Virus record (IMG/VR): IMGVR_UViG_3300043449_001497
Span: 8,744 to 72,743 of that record
DNA length: 64,000 nucleotides
From: a virus
Direction: 5' to 3' (one strand)
Shown: positions 46,396 through 56,244 of the stretch, in pieces
Numbering within the stretch: the stretch's first letter is position 1
How the letters are laid out: each line of letters starts with the position of its first letter
Notes under the pieces: generated by a model
Told to the model about the DNA's origin: nothing
The model's database searches: none
What the model saw: the letters and a program-made list of their open reading frames with translations, nothing else
Program-made: the position numbers and the translations under genes

Positions 46396-46830
46396 CTAGG
46401 GCATCGGAGGAGGAACGGGCTTGGCCATCTCCTCCTTCATCTTCATGTCCTCGCCTGCGCCCATGTTCTTCTCGAGCTGCATGCGGAGGTTCATGTCTTT
46501 GCTGAGCATGTCGGCGATCTCGGCGGCCGACTTGTCGGCGAACCGGGGCATCGCCTTGGCCGCGTCGAGAAGCTGCTGGGCCTTCTCGACGGAGACGCCG
46601 AGGACGTCAGCGACCATCTGCGCGTCGCCTTCACCACCCGCCGTGCCCTCGGCACCGACGGAGGCGCCAGCCTCGTTGGGCTTGGGGCCCACGCCGGGAC
46701 CACCCTCGCCGCCACCAGCCATCATGGCCTGGATCTCTTCGACCAGGGGCTTGATGTCCTGATCGACGGAGATGGGCTGTCCAGGCTGCTTGGGGGCGGG
46801 CATGCCACCCGGCTTCATCATTTCGGCCAT
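46396..46830 (-). CDS. Hypothetical head-operon protein
   Basis: RBS aggagg. Confidence 0.6.
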   Translation of the reverse strand: MAEMMKPGGMPAPKQPGQPISVDQDIKPLVEEIQAMMAGGGEGGPGVGPKPNEAGASVGAEGTAGGEGDAQMVADVLGVSVEKAQQLLDAAKAMPRFADKSAAEIADMLSKDMNLRMQLEKNMGAGEDMKMKEEMAKPVPPPMP

Positions 46831-46893
46831 GTTGACCTCCTAACGTGGTTGAACAGAACCGGGAGGGTAGAAGAAGAGTGACGGCCCGGCCCG

Positions 46894-47133
46894 CTACTCT
46901 TCATCGAGATCAGGTTGCTCATCCGCGAAGGTAGGGTCCGCGGGTGCGAGCTCGAACGCGACTGCGGGGTCACTGTTCGCGAACAGCATGAACTTGTTGG
47001 GCACTCGTCGGCGCTCGCCCGTGTTCCGGTTCTCGAGAACCGTGATGTCGTAGGACGGGAGCGTGCCGACGACGCGGATGCTCGCTGCCCGCTTCCGCGC
47101 CATGCGCTTGGCCTGGGCGATGTCGACGCTCAT
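46894..47133 (-). CDS. Hypothetical protein
   Basis: Coupled ORF. Confidence 0.55.
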   Translation of the reverse strand: MSVDIAQAKRMARKRAASIRVVGTLPSYDITVLENRNTGERRRVPNKFMLFANSDPAVAFELAPADPTFADEQPDLDEE

Positions 47134-47621
47134 ACGTCCACCGACTGCCCTGGAGTCTTCATCTTCGGCGGCGTCGGGTCGAGGTTCTTCTTCTCCCGGA
47201 ACGCCGCGACCTCGGCCTTCTTCACCTTGTCCTCGGTGCGAAGCTCGCCGACGATCTTCTCGTCGACGCCGTGTGCCCGCTTGGTGAGGTAGTTCTTGTG
47301 CTTCAACTCCTCGACTCGCTGGGTCTTCTTCTCCTTCGTCTCGCTCTCCAGCTCGATGTGGTGGCCGGGGAAGCGCTGCTCGATGATGCCCTTCATGCGG
47401 TCGAAGTCTTCCTTCGTCTCCGCCTTGCCGAGCACACCCATGTCGATGGGCACGAAGGAGCCATAGCCCTGTCCGCGAACGGACGGGGCCTGGCCGCTGC
47501 TCCAGTCAGCGACACGGGCACCGCCGCACACGGCACACGGGGGCTTCTCCCCGTTCATGCTGATGAACACGTTCGCTTCGGTCACGGCGCACGACGGGCA
47601 CCGCAGGTCAAGGATCGCCAT
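47130..47621 (-). CDS. FmdB-like zinc-ribbon protein
   Basis: MAILDLRCPSC...CAVCG; immediately after the portal gene. Confidence 0.6.
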   Translation of the reverse strand: MAILDLRCPSCAVTEANVFISMNGEKPPCAVCGGARVADWSSGQAPSVRGQGYGSFVPIDMGVLGKAETKEDFDRMKGIIEQRFPGHHIELESETKEKKTQRVEELKHKNYLTKRAHGVDEKIVGELRTEDKVKKAEVAAFREKKNLDPTPPKMKTPGQSVDV

Positions 47622-47635
47622 GTGGTCTACTCCAG

Positions 47636-49357
47636 TCAGACTCGAACGGGGGAAGGTCCACCAGCCGCCAGGCTGGCCTCAGCGGGCTGCTGTTCGCCAG
47701 CAGTCGTGGTCTCGGTGCCAGGGACGCCGCCCTGGGCCAAAGCCGCAAGCTCAGGAGGCAGACCACCAGGAGCCGCGGGGGCTGCCCCCTGAGCCGCGGC
47801 CATCTGCTCCATCATCGCCTGCTTCTGAGCGTCGACTTCCTCCTGCGGGATGACGAGCTTCGCCGGGAGACCCGCACCGTTGACGAGCTCCTCGTCGAGG
47901 AGGCGCTTGTTGATGTTCTCGCTCTGCGCGAACACCGGGTACAGCTTGAGCAGCGTCTCGGCCATGACCGAGGGGTTCTGACGGATGGGGTTGTAGGAGA
48001 CCATCGAGAAGTTGACGTCCACCCCGTGGATGTCGGGGAGGCTCACTTCCTCCCAGCCCTCGTGCCCAGAGACCTGGACGAGCTTGGGCTGCTGCATGTA
48101 CTTCTTCGAGAGGTAGAAGCACTTCTCGGCGACGGACTCGAGAGCGGTGTTGATGTGCCCTTCGCGGGTGGCGAGACGGGTCCGCATCTGGGCGTCGATG
48201 ATGGCCATCTCGGTGGCGGTGCGGGCGCCAGCGACCTGACCACGGGCAGCCTCTGCGAGAGCGCTGATGAACGCCGCGTCGGCCTCCTGGCGGGCGATGA
48301 AGTTCTCCACGCCGACCGGGACCTGGGGCATCGGCATCTCGTAGAAGAGGGCCGCCAGGGTGCGGAGACCCTCGGCGTTGGTCGGGCTGATACCGACGAA
48401 CGCGCCCGTCGCAGCCTCAACTGCCTTGTTGAGGTCTTCTTCGGTGATGAGCTCGCTGTTGTACAGGATGCGCGGGATCATCAGGTAGACGATCTGCTTC
48501 ATGTGCGTGAGCAGGTCGTTCATCGTCTCCTGCTGGTTCAGGACCAGCTGGACCTCGGAGAGACCGAGGCAGTCGACGGCGCTCTGGTTGAGCGAGAACA
48601 TCGAGTAGGGGATGAAGTCCAGGGGACCCTGGAACACCACGGCGTCAGCCTGCCGGACGTAGTGCGTGACCGTCCCGGAGTCGACGTCGTAGTACTCCCA
48701 CACCGTCACCCACTCGAACGCATCGCGGAGGGGGCCCGCATCGTTGGTCTTGTAGGTGTCCGAGATCCACTTCGGGTAGCGGTCGGGGGTGACGTCGGCG
48801 ATCTTGTCGCTCTTGTAGCGACCCGACTTCACTCGGCGCTGAAACTCACCCCAGGGGATGACGGAAGCCTCGAGCCAGTAGCGGATGTCGTCCGGGTCAC
48901 GGACGGTCTGGTCGAAGAACACGGCACCCGGCTCGAGGACACGCACCATCGGGCGGTCCTCCTTCGCGTTCCAGCCGACCTTGAACACGCCACGCTTGCA
49001 GAGGACCGCATCGATGAGAGCGGTCGCCGCACGACGGCGCATGTTGTTGGAGTCGAAGACGTACTCCATCAGGCCGTTGACCAGGGGGACAGCAGCCTGG
49101 CTTTCCTTGTTGCGCGGGTTGGCCGCGACCTGCGGGTTGGGGCCCAGGAGCGCGCTGACCGCCGTGTCGGCGATGGCGTAGATCATGTTCTTCGAGCAGA
49201 GGAAGCTGGGGATGGCTCCGTCCGCCAGGTTCACGTCGTTGCGGCTCGTGTAGAACTCGCCACGGTAGTACCGCCGCGCCTTGTCGAAGTTCTTCTTCTC
49301 GACCCGCTCGTAGTAGCGACGATGGCGGTCGATGAGGTTGGCGAGGTTCATGTCCAC
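47636..49357 (-). CDS. Portal protein
   Basis: 573 aa after TerL; RTATE motif, Gln/Met/Ala-rich C-terminus. Confidence 0.8.
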   Translation of the reverse strand: MDMNLANLIDRHRRYYERVEKKNFDKARRYYRGEFYTSRNDVNLADGAIPSFLCSKNMIYAIADTAVSALLGPNPQVAANPRNKESQAAVPLVNGLMEYVFDSNNMRRRAATALIDAVLCKRGVFKVGWNAKEDRPMVRVLEPGAVFFDQTVRDPDDIRYWLEASVIPWGEFQRRVKSGRYKSDKIADVTPDRYPKWISDTYKTNDAGPLRDAFEWVTVWEYYDVDSGTVTHYVRQADAVVFQGPLDFIPYSMFSLNQSAVDCLGLSEVQLVLNQQETMNDLLTHMKQIVYLMIPRILYNSELITEEDLNKAVEAATGAFVGISPTNAEGLRTLAALFYEMPMPQVPVGVENFIARQEADAAFISALAEAARGQVAGARTATEMAIIDAQMRTRLATREGHINTALESVAEKCFYLSKKYMQQPKLVQVSGHEGWEEVSLPDIHGVDVNFSMVSYNPIRQNPSVMAETLLKLYPVFAQSENINKRLLDEELVNGAGLPAKLVIPQEEVDAQKQAMMEQMAAAQGAAPAAPGGLPPELAALAQGGVPGTETTTAGEQQPAEASLAAGGPSPVRV

Positions 49358-51003
49358 TCCCTGGCAACGGGCTTGAAGGGGTTCCGCGACGAGGCGCGCT
49401 CTTGATTCTTGAAGCGGTCGAGGTCCGCTATGGTAACCCGCGGACCGTCTCCCTGCGTGTAGTCGGACGCCTGCACCTGTACTTGCGGTTCATCGGAAGT
49501 GAAGCGCCGTCGACTCAGGATGTCGGCGGCCATGACCGCAGTGCGGGCAAGGTCGAAGTGGTGCGTCGTTCCGTCGCTGTTCGACGCGCGCTTGGTGCGG
49601 CTGCCGTCGTAGTTCTTCAGCTGGTGGAGCAGCGTCTTCGACTTGATGGTGATGTCCCGGTCGCGAAGCATGCGAACGAGTCGAGCTTCGCCCTCCTGGA
49701 CACGCTTCTCCGTCGCGTACCAACCAGGGTGGTTGCGGTCCGTCCACAGGAGGTTCTTCGCACCCTTGTCCTTCAGCATGGCGATGCACGCTGCGGCGTT
49801 GGACTCGACTGCCAGGAGGGCGTTGTTGAAGAAGCGCTGGAGCTTCAGCAGGCGCTCGGCGAACTTGCCTGGGTCCTCTCGACCTTCCCAGACTGCGACC
49901 TCTCGGCGCTCGACAGCGTCCCACACCGTCACGGCGCTGTTGTCACCGACAGAGCCAAAGCCAGCGGGGTCACCGCAGATGAGGTAGCTCCGGCCTTGGA
50001 CCGGACGCTCGAGCAGTGACGCGCCGCCAGGGACAGGTTCGGGCGGTGCGACGGACGAGAGCAGGCAACGCTCCAACGCCTCAAGCGGCATGACCGGACT
50101 GCCGCCACCAAGCCAGCCGTCGAGCTCATGGGACGGGTACTTCGAGGTGAAGAGACGCTCGTCCTCGCCCATTTCCGTCTGGAGAGACAGGCGGCGGAAC
50201 GCCAGGTTGTGGAGGTCCATCCCAGGATGGCGGCTCATGTACTCGAGCTCGACCTCCGTCGGCTTCACCCCAGCCGGGTCAGCTCGACAGCTCGGGTCCA
50301 GCCACCACTCGAGGAACACAGGATGGAAGCGGCCCTTTCCCTCGAGAGCGTTCTGCCACATCGTCTCGTGGTGGCTACCCGCCGAACCAGGCGTCGACTC
50401 GAGGATGACACGAGCGTTCACACGCTTGTTGACCGCGGGGAAGATGTTCGCGGCAGCCTTGCGCTGCCACTGTGCTTCACCGAACTCGGTGATGAGCAGG
50501 CGGTCGATGGAACGACCGACGGCCGGAGACTTGCCGCCCGCGGTGAGGACCTTGATGCCCCCGCCGTGGATGAAGTGGATCTGGGTCGTGCCCGGCTTGC
50601 GGCCCACCTCGGTCGGAACCTTCACGTCATCGGGCAGGTTCTTGTAGGCGAACAGGATGCGCTCGAAGATGTCTTCGGCCGTGTCCTGGCGCTCGGCGAT
50701 GAGCACGCCCTTCACGCCCTCCAGGTACATGCAGTCCCGCAGGAGCAGCATGACCGACGGCGTGGTGATCTTCGCCTGGCGGAACTTGTCGCACAGGACC
50801 CAGCGGTGGTCGGCACACGCCTGGAGGAACTTCATCTGGATGTTGGTCGGTTCGAGGTAGCCGATGGACTCGTCCTCGCGGACGATCTGGCACATCGACA
50901 CGAAGGCCCAGGGCGTGCTGAACATCGCCTCGACCTTCCGCATGTTCATGCCTGGGAAGACTGCGAGCTTCGCACCTCCCGGTAGACTTGCAGGCGCACT
51001 CAC
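49348..51003 (-). CDS. terL: Terminase large subunit
   Basis: KFRQAKITT, LLITEFGE, ILESTPG, nuclease GDPAG...DNSA, AVESN. Confidence 0.85.
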   Translation of the reverse strand: MSAPASLPGGAKLAVFPGMNMRKVEAMFSTPWAFVSMCQIVREDESIGYLEPTNIQMKFLQACADHRWVLCDKFRQAKITTPSVMLLLRDCMYLEGVKGVLIAERQDTAEDIFERILFAYKNLPDDVKVPTEVGRKPGTTQIHFIHGGGIKVLTAGGKSPAVGRSIDRLLITEFGEAQWQRKAAANIFPAVNKRVNARVILESTPGSAGSHHETMWQNALEGKGRFHPVFLEWWLDPSCRADPAGVKPTEVELEYMSRHPGMDLHNLAFRRLSLQTEMGEDERLFTSKYPSHELDGWLGGGSPVMPLEALERCLLSSVAPPEPVPGGASLLERPVQGRSYLICGDPAGFGSVGDNSAVTVWDAVERREVAVWEGREDPGKFAERLLKLQRFFNNALLAVESNAAACIAMLKDKGAKNLLWTDRNHPGWYATEKRVQEGEARLVRMLRDRDITIKSKTLLHQLKNYDGSRTKRASNSDGTTHHFDLARTAVMAADILSRRRFTSDEPQVQVQASDYTQGDGPRVTIADLDRFKNQERASSRNPFKPVAREWT

Positions 51004-51054
51004 GATAGGATGGTCCTCGAGCCTATGCTATCACGGTATGGGTCGGGAGGACAC

Positions 51055-51279
51055 ATGGCCGAGAAGTGGATCCAGGGCGCGATCAAGAACCCAGGCGCGC
51101 TTCACGAGAAGCTGGGCGTGAAGAAGGGCGAGAAGATCCCCGAAGGTCAGATCGCCTCGAAGATCTCGCAGCTCCAGGGCGAGGCCGAAGGGGACAAGAA
51201 GCTCTCCGCGGCCAAGCGCACGCTCCTGAAGGAGCTCGTCCTCGCTCGTACTCTCGGCAAGATGAACAAGGGGAAGTGA
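51055..51279 (+). CDS. Conserved small basic phage protein
   Basis: KWIQGAIKNPGALHEKLG...LARTL. Confidence 0.7.
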   Translation: MAEKWIQGAIKNPGALHEKLGVKKGEKIPEGQIASKISQLQGEAEGDKKLSAAKRTLLKELVLARTLGKMNKGK

Positions 51280-51280
51280 C

Positions 51281-51448
51281 ATGATCGGCAACGACGTGAA
51301 GAACACCACCCGCTCCGACCTCCGCGGCGGCAACGCCGGGATGAAGCAGACGGCGAAGCAGGCTCCGACGGGCGAGAACTTCAGCCGCGACATGCGCCGC
51401 GAGATGCTGAAGCAGCTCATCGTCGACCGCATGTCGAAGAAGGGCTGA
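51281..51448 (+). CDS. Small protein (55 aa)
   Basis: Fills the gap in the operon; codon bias. Confidence 0.55.
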   Translation: MIGNDVKNTTRSDLRGGNAGMKQTAKQAPTGENFSRDMRREMLKQLIVDRMSKKG

Positions 51449-51449
51449 C

Positions 51450-51821
51450 ATGGCCGACACCAGCTTCAAGCCACCTCCGTCCGTCGCGTCGGCCGCAGCT
51501 CGTGGCCTGGAGCTGCGTCAGCAGCAGGCGCCGAGCCAGAAGGCAGGACTCGACACCAAGCAGGCCGCGGCCCAGGGCATCGGCTCGGGTGTCCAACGCG
51601 CGTCGAACCTGAAGTCGGGCGCCGCGTTGAGTGAGTCCACGGTGCGTCGCATGAAGAACTACTTCACGCGGCATGCCAGCAACTACAAGCTCGACCCCGG
51701 CAAGTCCCCCAAGGAAGACAAGGGGTACGTAGCGGGCCTCTTGTGGGGCGGAGAAGCCGGGAAGTCCTGGGCTACGAGCCTCGTTGCACGCCTCGATGCG
51801 AGGCGAAAGGCAGGCAAGTGA
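51450..51821 (+). CDS. Conserved phage head-region protein
   Basis: AARGLELR...TVRRMKNYFTRH...LLWGGEAGKSWA. Confidence 0.7.
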   Translation: MADTSFKPPPSVASAAARGLELRQQQAPSQKAGLDTKQAAAQGIGSGVQRASNLKSGAALSESTVRRMKNYFTRHASNYKLDPGKSPKEDKGYVAGLLWGGEAGKSWATSLVARLDARRKAGK

Positions 51822-52243
51822 TGGACAAGCGCGAGACCCTCAAGCAGGTCTACTCGGACCCTGAGCTCCGGGAGAGCATCAAGGACCGCATCATGGCGGG
51901 GAGCAAGGGCGGTGCGCCTGGACAGTGGTCCGCGCGCAAGGCCCAGATGGTCGCCCAGGAGTACAAGGCCAAGGGCGGCGGCTATGAGGGCGGTCCGTCG
52001 AAGCAGCAGACGAGCCTCAAGCGCTGGACCAAGCAGGACTGGACCACGCCCTCGGGAAAGCCCAGCACCCAGGGACCGAAGGCCACGGGCGAGGTCTACG
52101 CGCCGCGTCGTGCCATCGAGAAGCTCCGCTCGAGCCCTGGCGGGATGGCGAAGTTGGCCGCCGCTACCCAGAAGAAGCGCGAGGCTAGCCGCCAGGGCAA
52201 GCAGTTCGCTCGTCACGGTCTGCACGAGGGCAAGGATCGCTAG
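51821..52243 (+). CDS. DUF5872-like basic protein
   Basis: GQWSARKAQMVAQEYKAKGGGY...LKRWTKQDW. Confidence 0.7.
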   Translation: MDKRETLKQVYSDPELRESIKDRIMAGSKGGAPGQWSARKAQMVAQEYKAKGGGYEGGPSKQQTSLKRWTKQDWTTPSGKPSTQGPKATGEVYAPRRAIEKLRSSPGGMAKLAAATQKKREASRQGKQFARHGLHEGKDR

Positions 52244-52609
52244 ACCGCGCATCGAGCTGACGCAGCCGCCGCCGAGCGAGGCGGCGTGTCTTCTGCTTGT
52301 CCGAGAGGACGGCGCAGCATGGGCAGGTCTGGCCGCCCTTGTGCCATCCTGTGATGCCACGCTTGAAGTCATCCATACGTGGACCCTCTCACACCCGTTC
52401 CCTAACCTGAAAAAATCTTCGTGCAACCCCTTGCACCGAGATAACCACAGCGGTATCTAGACCGTGCACCCCTCCAAGTGCATCGGGTAGCCCGCAAGGG
52501 TCCGTAGCTACGAAGAGCGGGCAGGCGCAGCCCCAGAACCTCAACCGTTCCTTCGACCCCGCCGGGTTGGAGTCGCTAGCGCGTCTGCCCCCCGGCTACG
52601 GAGTGCCCA

Positions 52610-53665
52610 ATGGCTATCTCTACCGAAATCCTGAACACCACGTTCGCGGACCTCCGCGGCCCCCTGATCAACTCGTTCATCCGCTCGAACGAGCTCCTCG
52701 ACGCGCTCATGAGCAAGGCCCGCATGCCCTCCGAGGGCGGCAGCCTCATCGAGCGTTCCTTCGCTGGTGGCGCCCCCGCCCGCGGCGTTGGCGTGTTCGT
52801 TGGCGATGAGCTCCTCAACATGACGCGCCGTCAGCAGACCAAGCGCTTCCAGGTTGAGCCGCACCGCATCGTCGCGGCGATCAACATCCCGAAGAAGGAA
52901 CTCCTCTTCAACAGCGGCAAGCTCGCTGTCATCCGCCTCATCGAGGAGTACCCCCAGACCACGCTCGAGGGCGCGAAGGCCGACCTCAACGCCTTCCTCC
53001 TCACCGGGCAGAGCCGCGGTCTCGTCTTCCAGACGGCCGACCTCGCGGGCTTCCTGAGCCTCAACGGCGACTTCGCCGCGGGCTCCGGCACGGGCGTCAC
53101 CAACGGTCTTCTCGACTTCCAGGCGATTGGTTCCCAGAACCAGGTCGTCCAGAACGTCCAGAAGAGCTCGGCGTACTACCACTTCAACCAGTACAACAAC
53201 ATCACCAGCTGGGCCACGGACGGTCTCCCCACCCTCCGCAAGACCTACCGCCAGTGCGCCCACTACGCGGGCGGCATGGGCAAGGGTCCGGACCTGGTGA
53301 TCATGGACGACGACACCTACACGAACTTCGAGGACAGCCGTCTCTCGCTCGTTCGCGTGACGCTCGTCGAGGACAAGACCGAGAAGAGCAACACCCTCGG
53401 CCTCGACCTCGGCGTCGCCAAGGTGTACAGCTCCATCGACCTCAACCGCGCTGGCGGCGGGTTCGGTGTGGCGGCTCAGCAGGGCGTCACCTACATCCTC
53501 AACACGGACTTCCTCGAGATGCCCCTCATGGAGGCCCCGAGCATCACCCCGTTCACCGAGCGCGTCGGCGACCAGGACGTGGTCACGGCCATCTTCTCGA
53601 TGCAGGGCAACCTCATCTGCACGAAGACCCCGGCCCAGGGCTGCGTCTCCGGCGGCGCGTCCTGA
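52610..53665 (+). CDS. Major capsid protein
   Basis: 351 aa with extreme codon bias; EGGSLIE and PDLVIMD; followed by decoration and adaptor genes. Confidence 0.75.
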   Translation: MAISTEILNTTFADLRGPLINSFIRSNELLDALMSKARMPSEGGSLIERSFAGGAPARGVGVFVGDELLNMTRRQQTKRFQVEPHRIVAAINIPKKELLFNSGKLAVIRLIEEYPQTTLEGAKADLNAFLLTGQSRGLVFQTADLAGFLSLNGDFAAGSGTGVTNGLLDFQAIGSQNQVVQNVQKSSAYYHFNQYNNITSWATDGLPTLRKTYRQCAHYAGGMGKGPDLVIMDDDTYTNFEDSRLSLVRVTLVEDKTEKSNTLGLDLGVAKVYSSIDLNRAGGGFGVAAQQGVTYILNTDFLEMPLMEAPSITPFTERVGDQDVVTAIFSMQGNLICTKTPAQGCVSGGAS

Positions 53666-53706
53666 TCCAGGTCGCTCGGTAACCTCAACCTCTAGGAGAT
53701 TCTCAC

Positions 53707-54249
53707 ATGTCTTCCGCAAACAACATGGTCTTCGGCAACGACGTCACCGTTGTCGACGCCACTCAGGTCTACCCCCTCGGCACCGAGCGCCTCGTCCTCG
53801 CGTCGCAGTCCGGCACGGGCAGCGACCAGGTCTGGCGCTACGTCCTCAACAACACCGGGTCCGCGTTCACGCAGGGCCAGGTGGTGATGGCGACCGTGGC
53901 GACGCAGTCCGCGGGCAGCGGCGTCCTCGCGACGCAGGACGTCCCCAAGCTCCGCGTTCTCGGTGTGGCGCAGACCTACACCACGGCGGGCAGCGCCCTC
54001 ACCACGTTCGGCGCTGGCGCCTACGGCTGGGTTCTCGCCCACGGCTACGGCTCGGTGCTCACCGCGGCTGCTGGTGTGGCTGCTGACTCCACCATCGCGG
54101 TCAGCGCGACGGCGGGTTCGGTCTACGCCAGCCCGGCTCCCGGCTCGGCCGCTGCGGCGCAGGCGAACGCCCTCGCGGTCATCGGCTACAACCACGTCGC
54201 GACTGCGGCGGCGGCTGTCGTCACGACCGCCTGGATCGACTGCCGCTGA
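53707..54249 (+). CDS. Capsid decoration protein
   Basis: YPLGT...WRYV...YGWV motifs; directly after MCP. Confidence 0.6.
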   Translation: MSSANNMVFGNDVTVVDATQVYPLGTERLVLASQSGTGSDQVWRYVLNNTGSAFTQGQVVMATVATQSAGSGVLATQDVPKLRVLGVAQTYTTAGSALTTFGAGAYGWVLAHGYGSVLTAAAGVAADSTIAVSATAGSVYASPAPGSAAAAQANALAVIGYNHVATAAAAVVTTAWIDCR

Positions 54250-54285
54250 TGTAGCGAGTCCGGCGTAACCGGATAGGAGGCGGGC

Positions 54286-55770
54286 ATGGACACTTCTCGT
54301 GGGGCGCTCCGTGCCCGCCTCTTCAGCTTCCGCTCGTGGGACTCGACTGGGTCCACGCTGAACGCCAGGGTCGACCAGGCGATCAACTCAGCGCTCGAGC
54401 GCATCTCCGGTGATGTGCCGGAGGCCGTCGTCCCCGACGACGAGCACATCGTCCTCCAGAAGGACGCTATCGGGTCGGATGCCAGTGTCGCGGCGCGCAT
54501 CAGCACGACCTCCGACGACCGGGTGCTGGAGTTCACGGACGAGAGCAACAACCCGCTCACGTCGTCCAGCCCCTGGGTGCCCGAGACGGACGGGACCTAC
54601 GACGGCATCATGCACCTCGAGCTGACCGACTCCAAGGGTGAGCGCCATCGGCGCCAGTGCCTGGAGTTCTGGATCGCCAAGGCCAGCGGCTCGCCTGATC
54701 GCTACTACGTCTCCATCGACCGCCCCTGGGAATGGGGCACGGACGTGGGGATGACCTTCCGGCTCTACCAGCCGGAGTTCTTCGTTACCGACGACGTGAC
54801 GAAGGTGCTCGAGCCTGCGCGCATCTACGACGAGACGCGCCAGCAGGTCTGGGCCATCGACACGGGCGGTGCCTACCGCCAGGACATGATCGACTGGAAC
54901 GGCGAGAACGTCGCGCGCCCCTACCGCTTCTGGCGTGGACGTCACTTCCAGATTCCGGCTCCGTCGACCGCACCGACTGTGGCTGCTGCTGAGCAGGCGG
55001 CCTGGGCGGGTCCTGAGCAGGAAGGCACGTTCACCTTCGTCTACACCTACGTCTGGGGTCGCAAGGACCTGGAGTGGCAGTCCGCTCCAGGCGGCATCCG
55101 CGACCCGCAGTGGGAGAGTGCCCCGTCCCCGGTCAGCGCGACCTTCTCCCACACGACGAACCCCGGTGATGCCATCGTTCTCACGGGCACCAACATCGAT
55201 GCGATGATGGGCTTCGGCGAGTCGGCGACGCTCCGCTACAGCCGCAGCGGCATGCGTCTCCGTTTCTACGTCGCGCGGACAGCCGTCCGCACGGCGGGAG
55301 CTGGACTTGCTGCGTTCAACCGGGTGGAGACGAACGGCAAGTACTACCTCCTCGCCGAGGTGGAACCTGTCTCTGGGACCTACACCTGGGACGGCTCGGC
55401 CATCCCAGACTACCAGCGTCCGCTCAAGCACAGCACAGGCTACTACGCCTACTTGTGCTACCCCCACCAGGACGACCGCTACCAGCTGGATCTCCGGGTG
55501 CAGCGGCTGCCCAGGGCTCTCCTCAACGACCAGGATACCGCGCCCATCCAGCGTGACGCGGTGCTGGCGTTCGTCGAGCTCTCGCTCTACTACATGTGCT
55601 TGATGGACGGGGTGGACCAGACGGGGGCCGAGCGACATCTCTCGCGGTACAACGAGCTCGCTCGCCACTTCCGCAAGCGGTATGCGAACCCCGGTGGTGT
55701 AGTCGAACCTGTGCCGATCACGGGCTACCAGATTCGGTTCCGCTACGGGACATTCCGCAGCGGGACCTAG
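54286..55770 (+). CDS. Head-tail adaptor-like protein
   Basis: N-terminal INSALERI helix, C-terminal YPHQD...LSRYNE; position in the operon. Confidence 0.55.
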   Translation: MDTSRGALRARLFSFRSWDSTGSTLNARVDQAINSALERISGDVPEAVVPDDEHIVLQKDAIGSDASVAARISTTSDDRVLEFTDESNNPLTSSSPWVPETDGTYDGIMHLELTDSKGERHRRQCLEFWIAKASGSPDRYYVSIDRPWEWGTDVGMTFRLYQPEFFVTDDVTKVLEPARIYDETRQQVWAIDTGGAYRQDMIDWNGENVARPYRFWRGRHFQIPAPSTAPTVAAAEQAAWAGPEQEGTFTFVYTYVWGRKDLEWQSAPGGIRDPQWESAPSPVSATFSHTTNPGDAIVLTGTNIDAMMGFGESATLRYSRSGMRLRFYVARTAVRTAGAGLAAFNRVETNGKYYLLAEVEPVSGTYTWDGSAIPDYQRPLKHSTGYYAYLCYPHQDDRYQLDLRVQRLPRALLNDQDTAPIQRDAVLAFVELSLYYMCLMDGVDQTGAERHLSRYNELARHFRKRYANPGGVVEPVPITGYQIRFRYGTFRSGT

Positions 55771-55812
55771 CCGCATCGTGTTATACCGATGTGGCAACCC
55801 CAGGAGCCCATC

Positions 55813-56235
55813 ATGGCACATACCAACGTGTTCCCCGTCCCCGCACTCGGAGACATCTTCGTCCGCAAGAACCTGAACAGCCTCGAGGAAGAGTCCATGA
55901 TCCTCTCGGTCATGTTCAACCCCAAGGCCCCTGCTCTCTGGCAGGCGACCATGCAGACGAAGAACGGCATCGAGTTCGTGACCGGAGACCGCGAGCACCG
56001 CAACATCCACGACTGGCGGCCGAAGGGCTGGGTCTTCGACGAGATCAACAACAACTGGTACTCGGTCGCGGACAAGGCGAAGCTCGATGCAGATCGGGCG
56101 GCTGAAGAGGCGAAGGCTGCTGCGAAGGAGCCCGAGCACAAGGAAGACTTCATCGTGGCGGACGCTGCGGCCATCCCGAACGCCTTCACCAAGAAGAAGT
56201 CTGGGCTGCCCAAGGTGGACCTGCCCACCATCTAG
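55813..56235 (+). CDS. Hypothetical protein
   Basis: RBS aggag. Confidence 0.55.
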   Translation: MAHTNVFPVPALGDIFVRKNLNSLEEESMILSVMFNPKAPALWQATMQTKNGIEFVTGDREHRNIHDWRPKGWVFDEINNNWYSVADKAKLDADRAAEEAKAAAKEPEHKEDFIVADAAAIPNAFTKKKSGLPKVDLPTI

Positions 56236-56244
56236 GAGTAGCGC

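Noticed and set aside
52185-52376. Small minus-strand CPCC ORF
   Set aside because: Plausible, but it overlaps the convergent gene and support is too weak to call.
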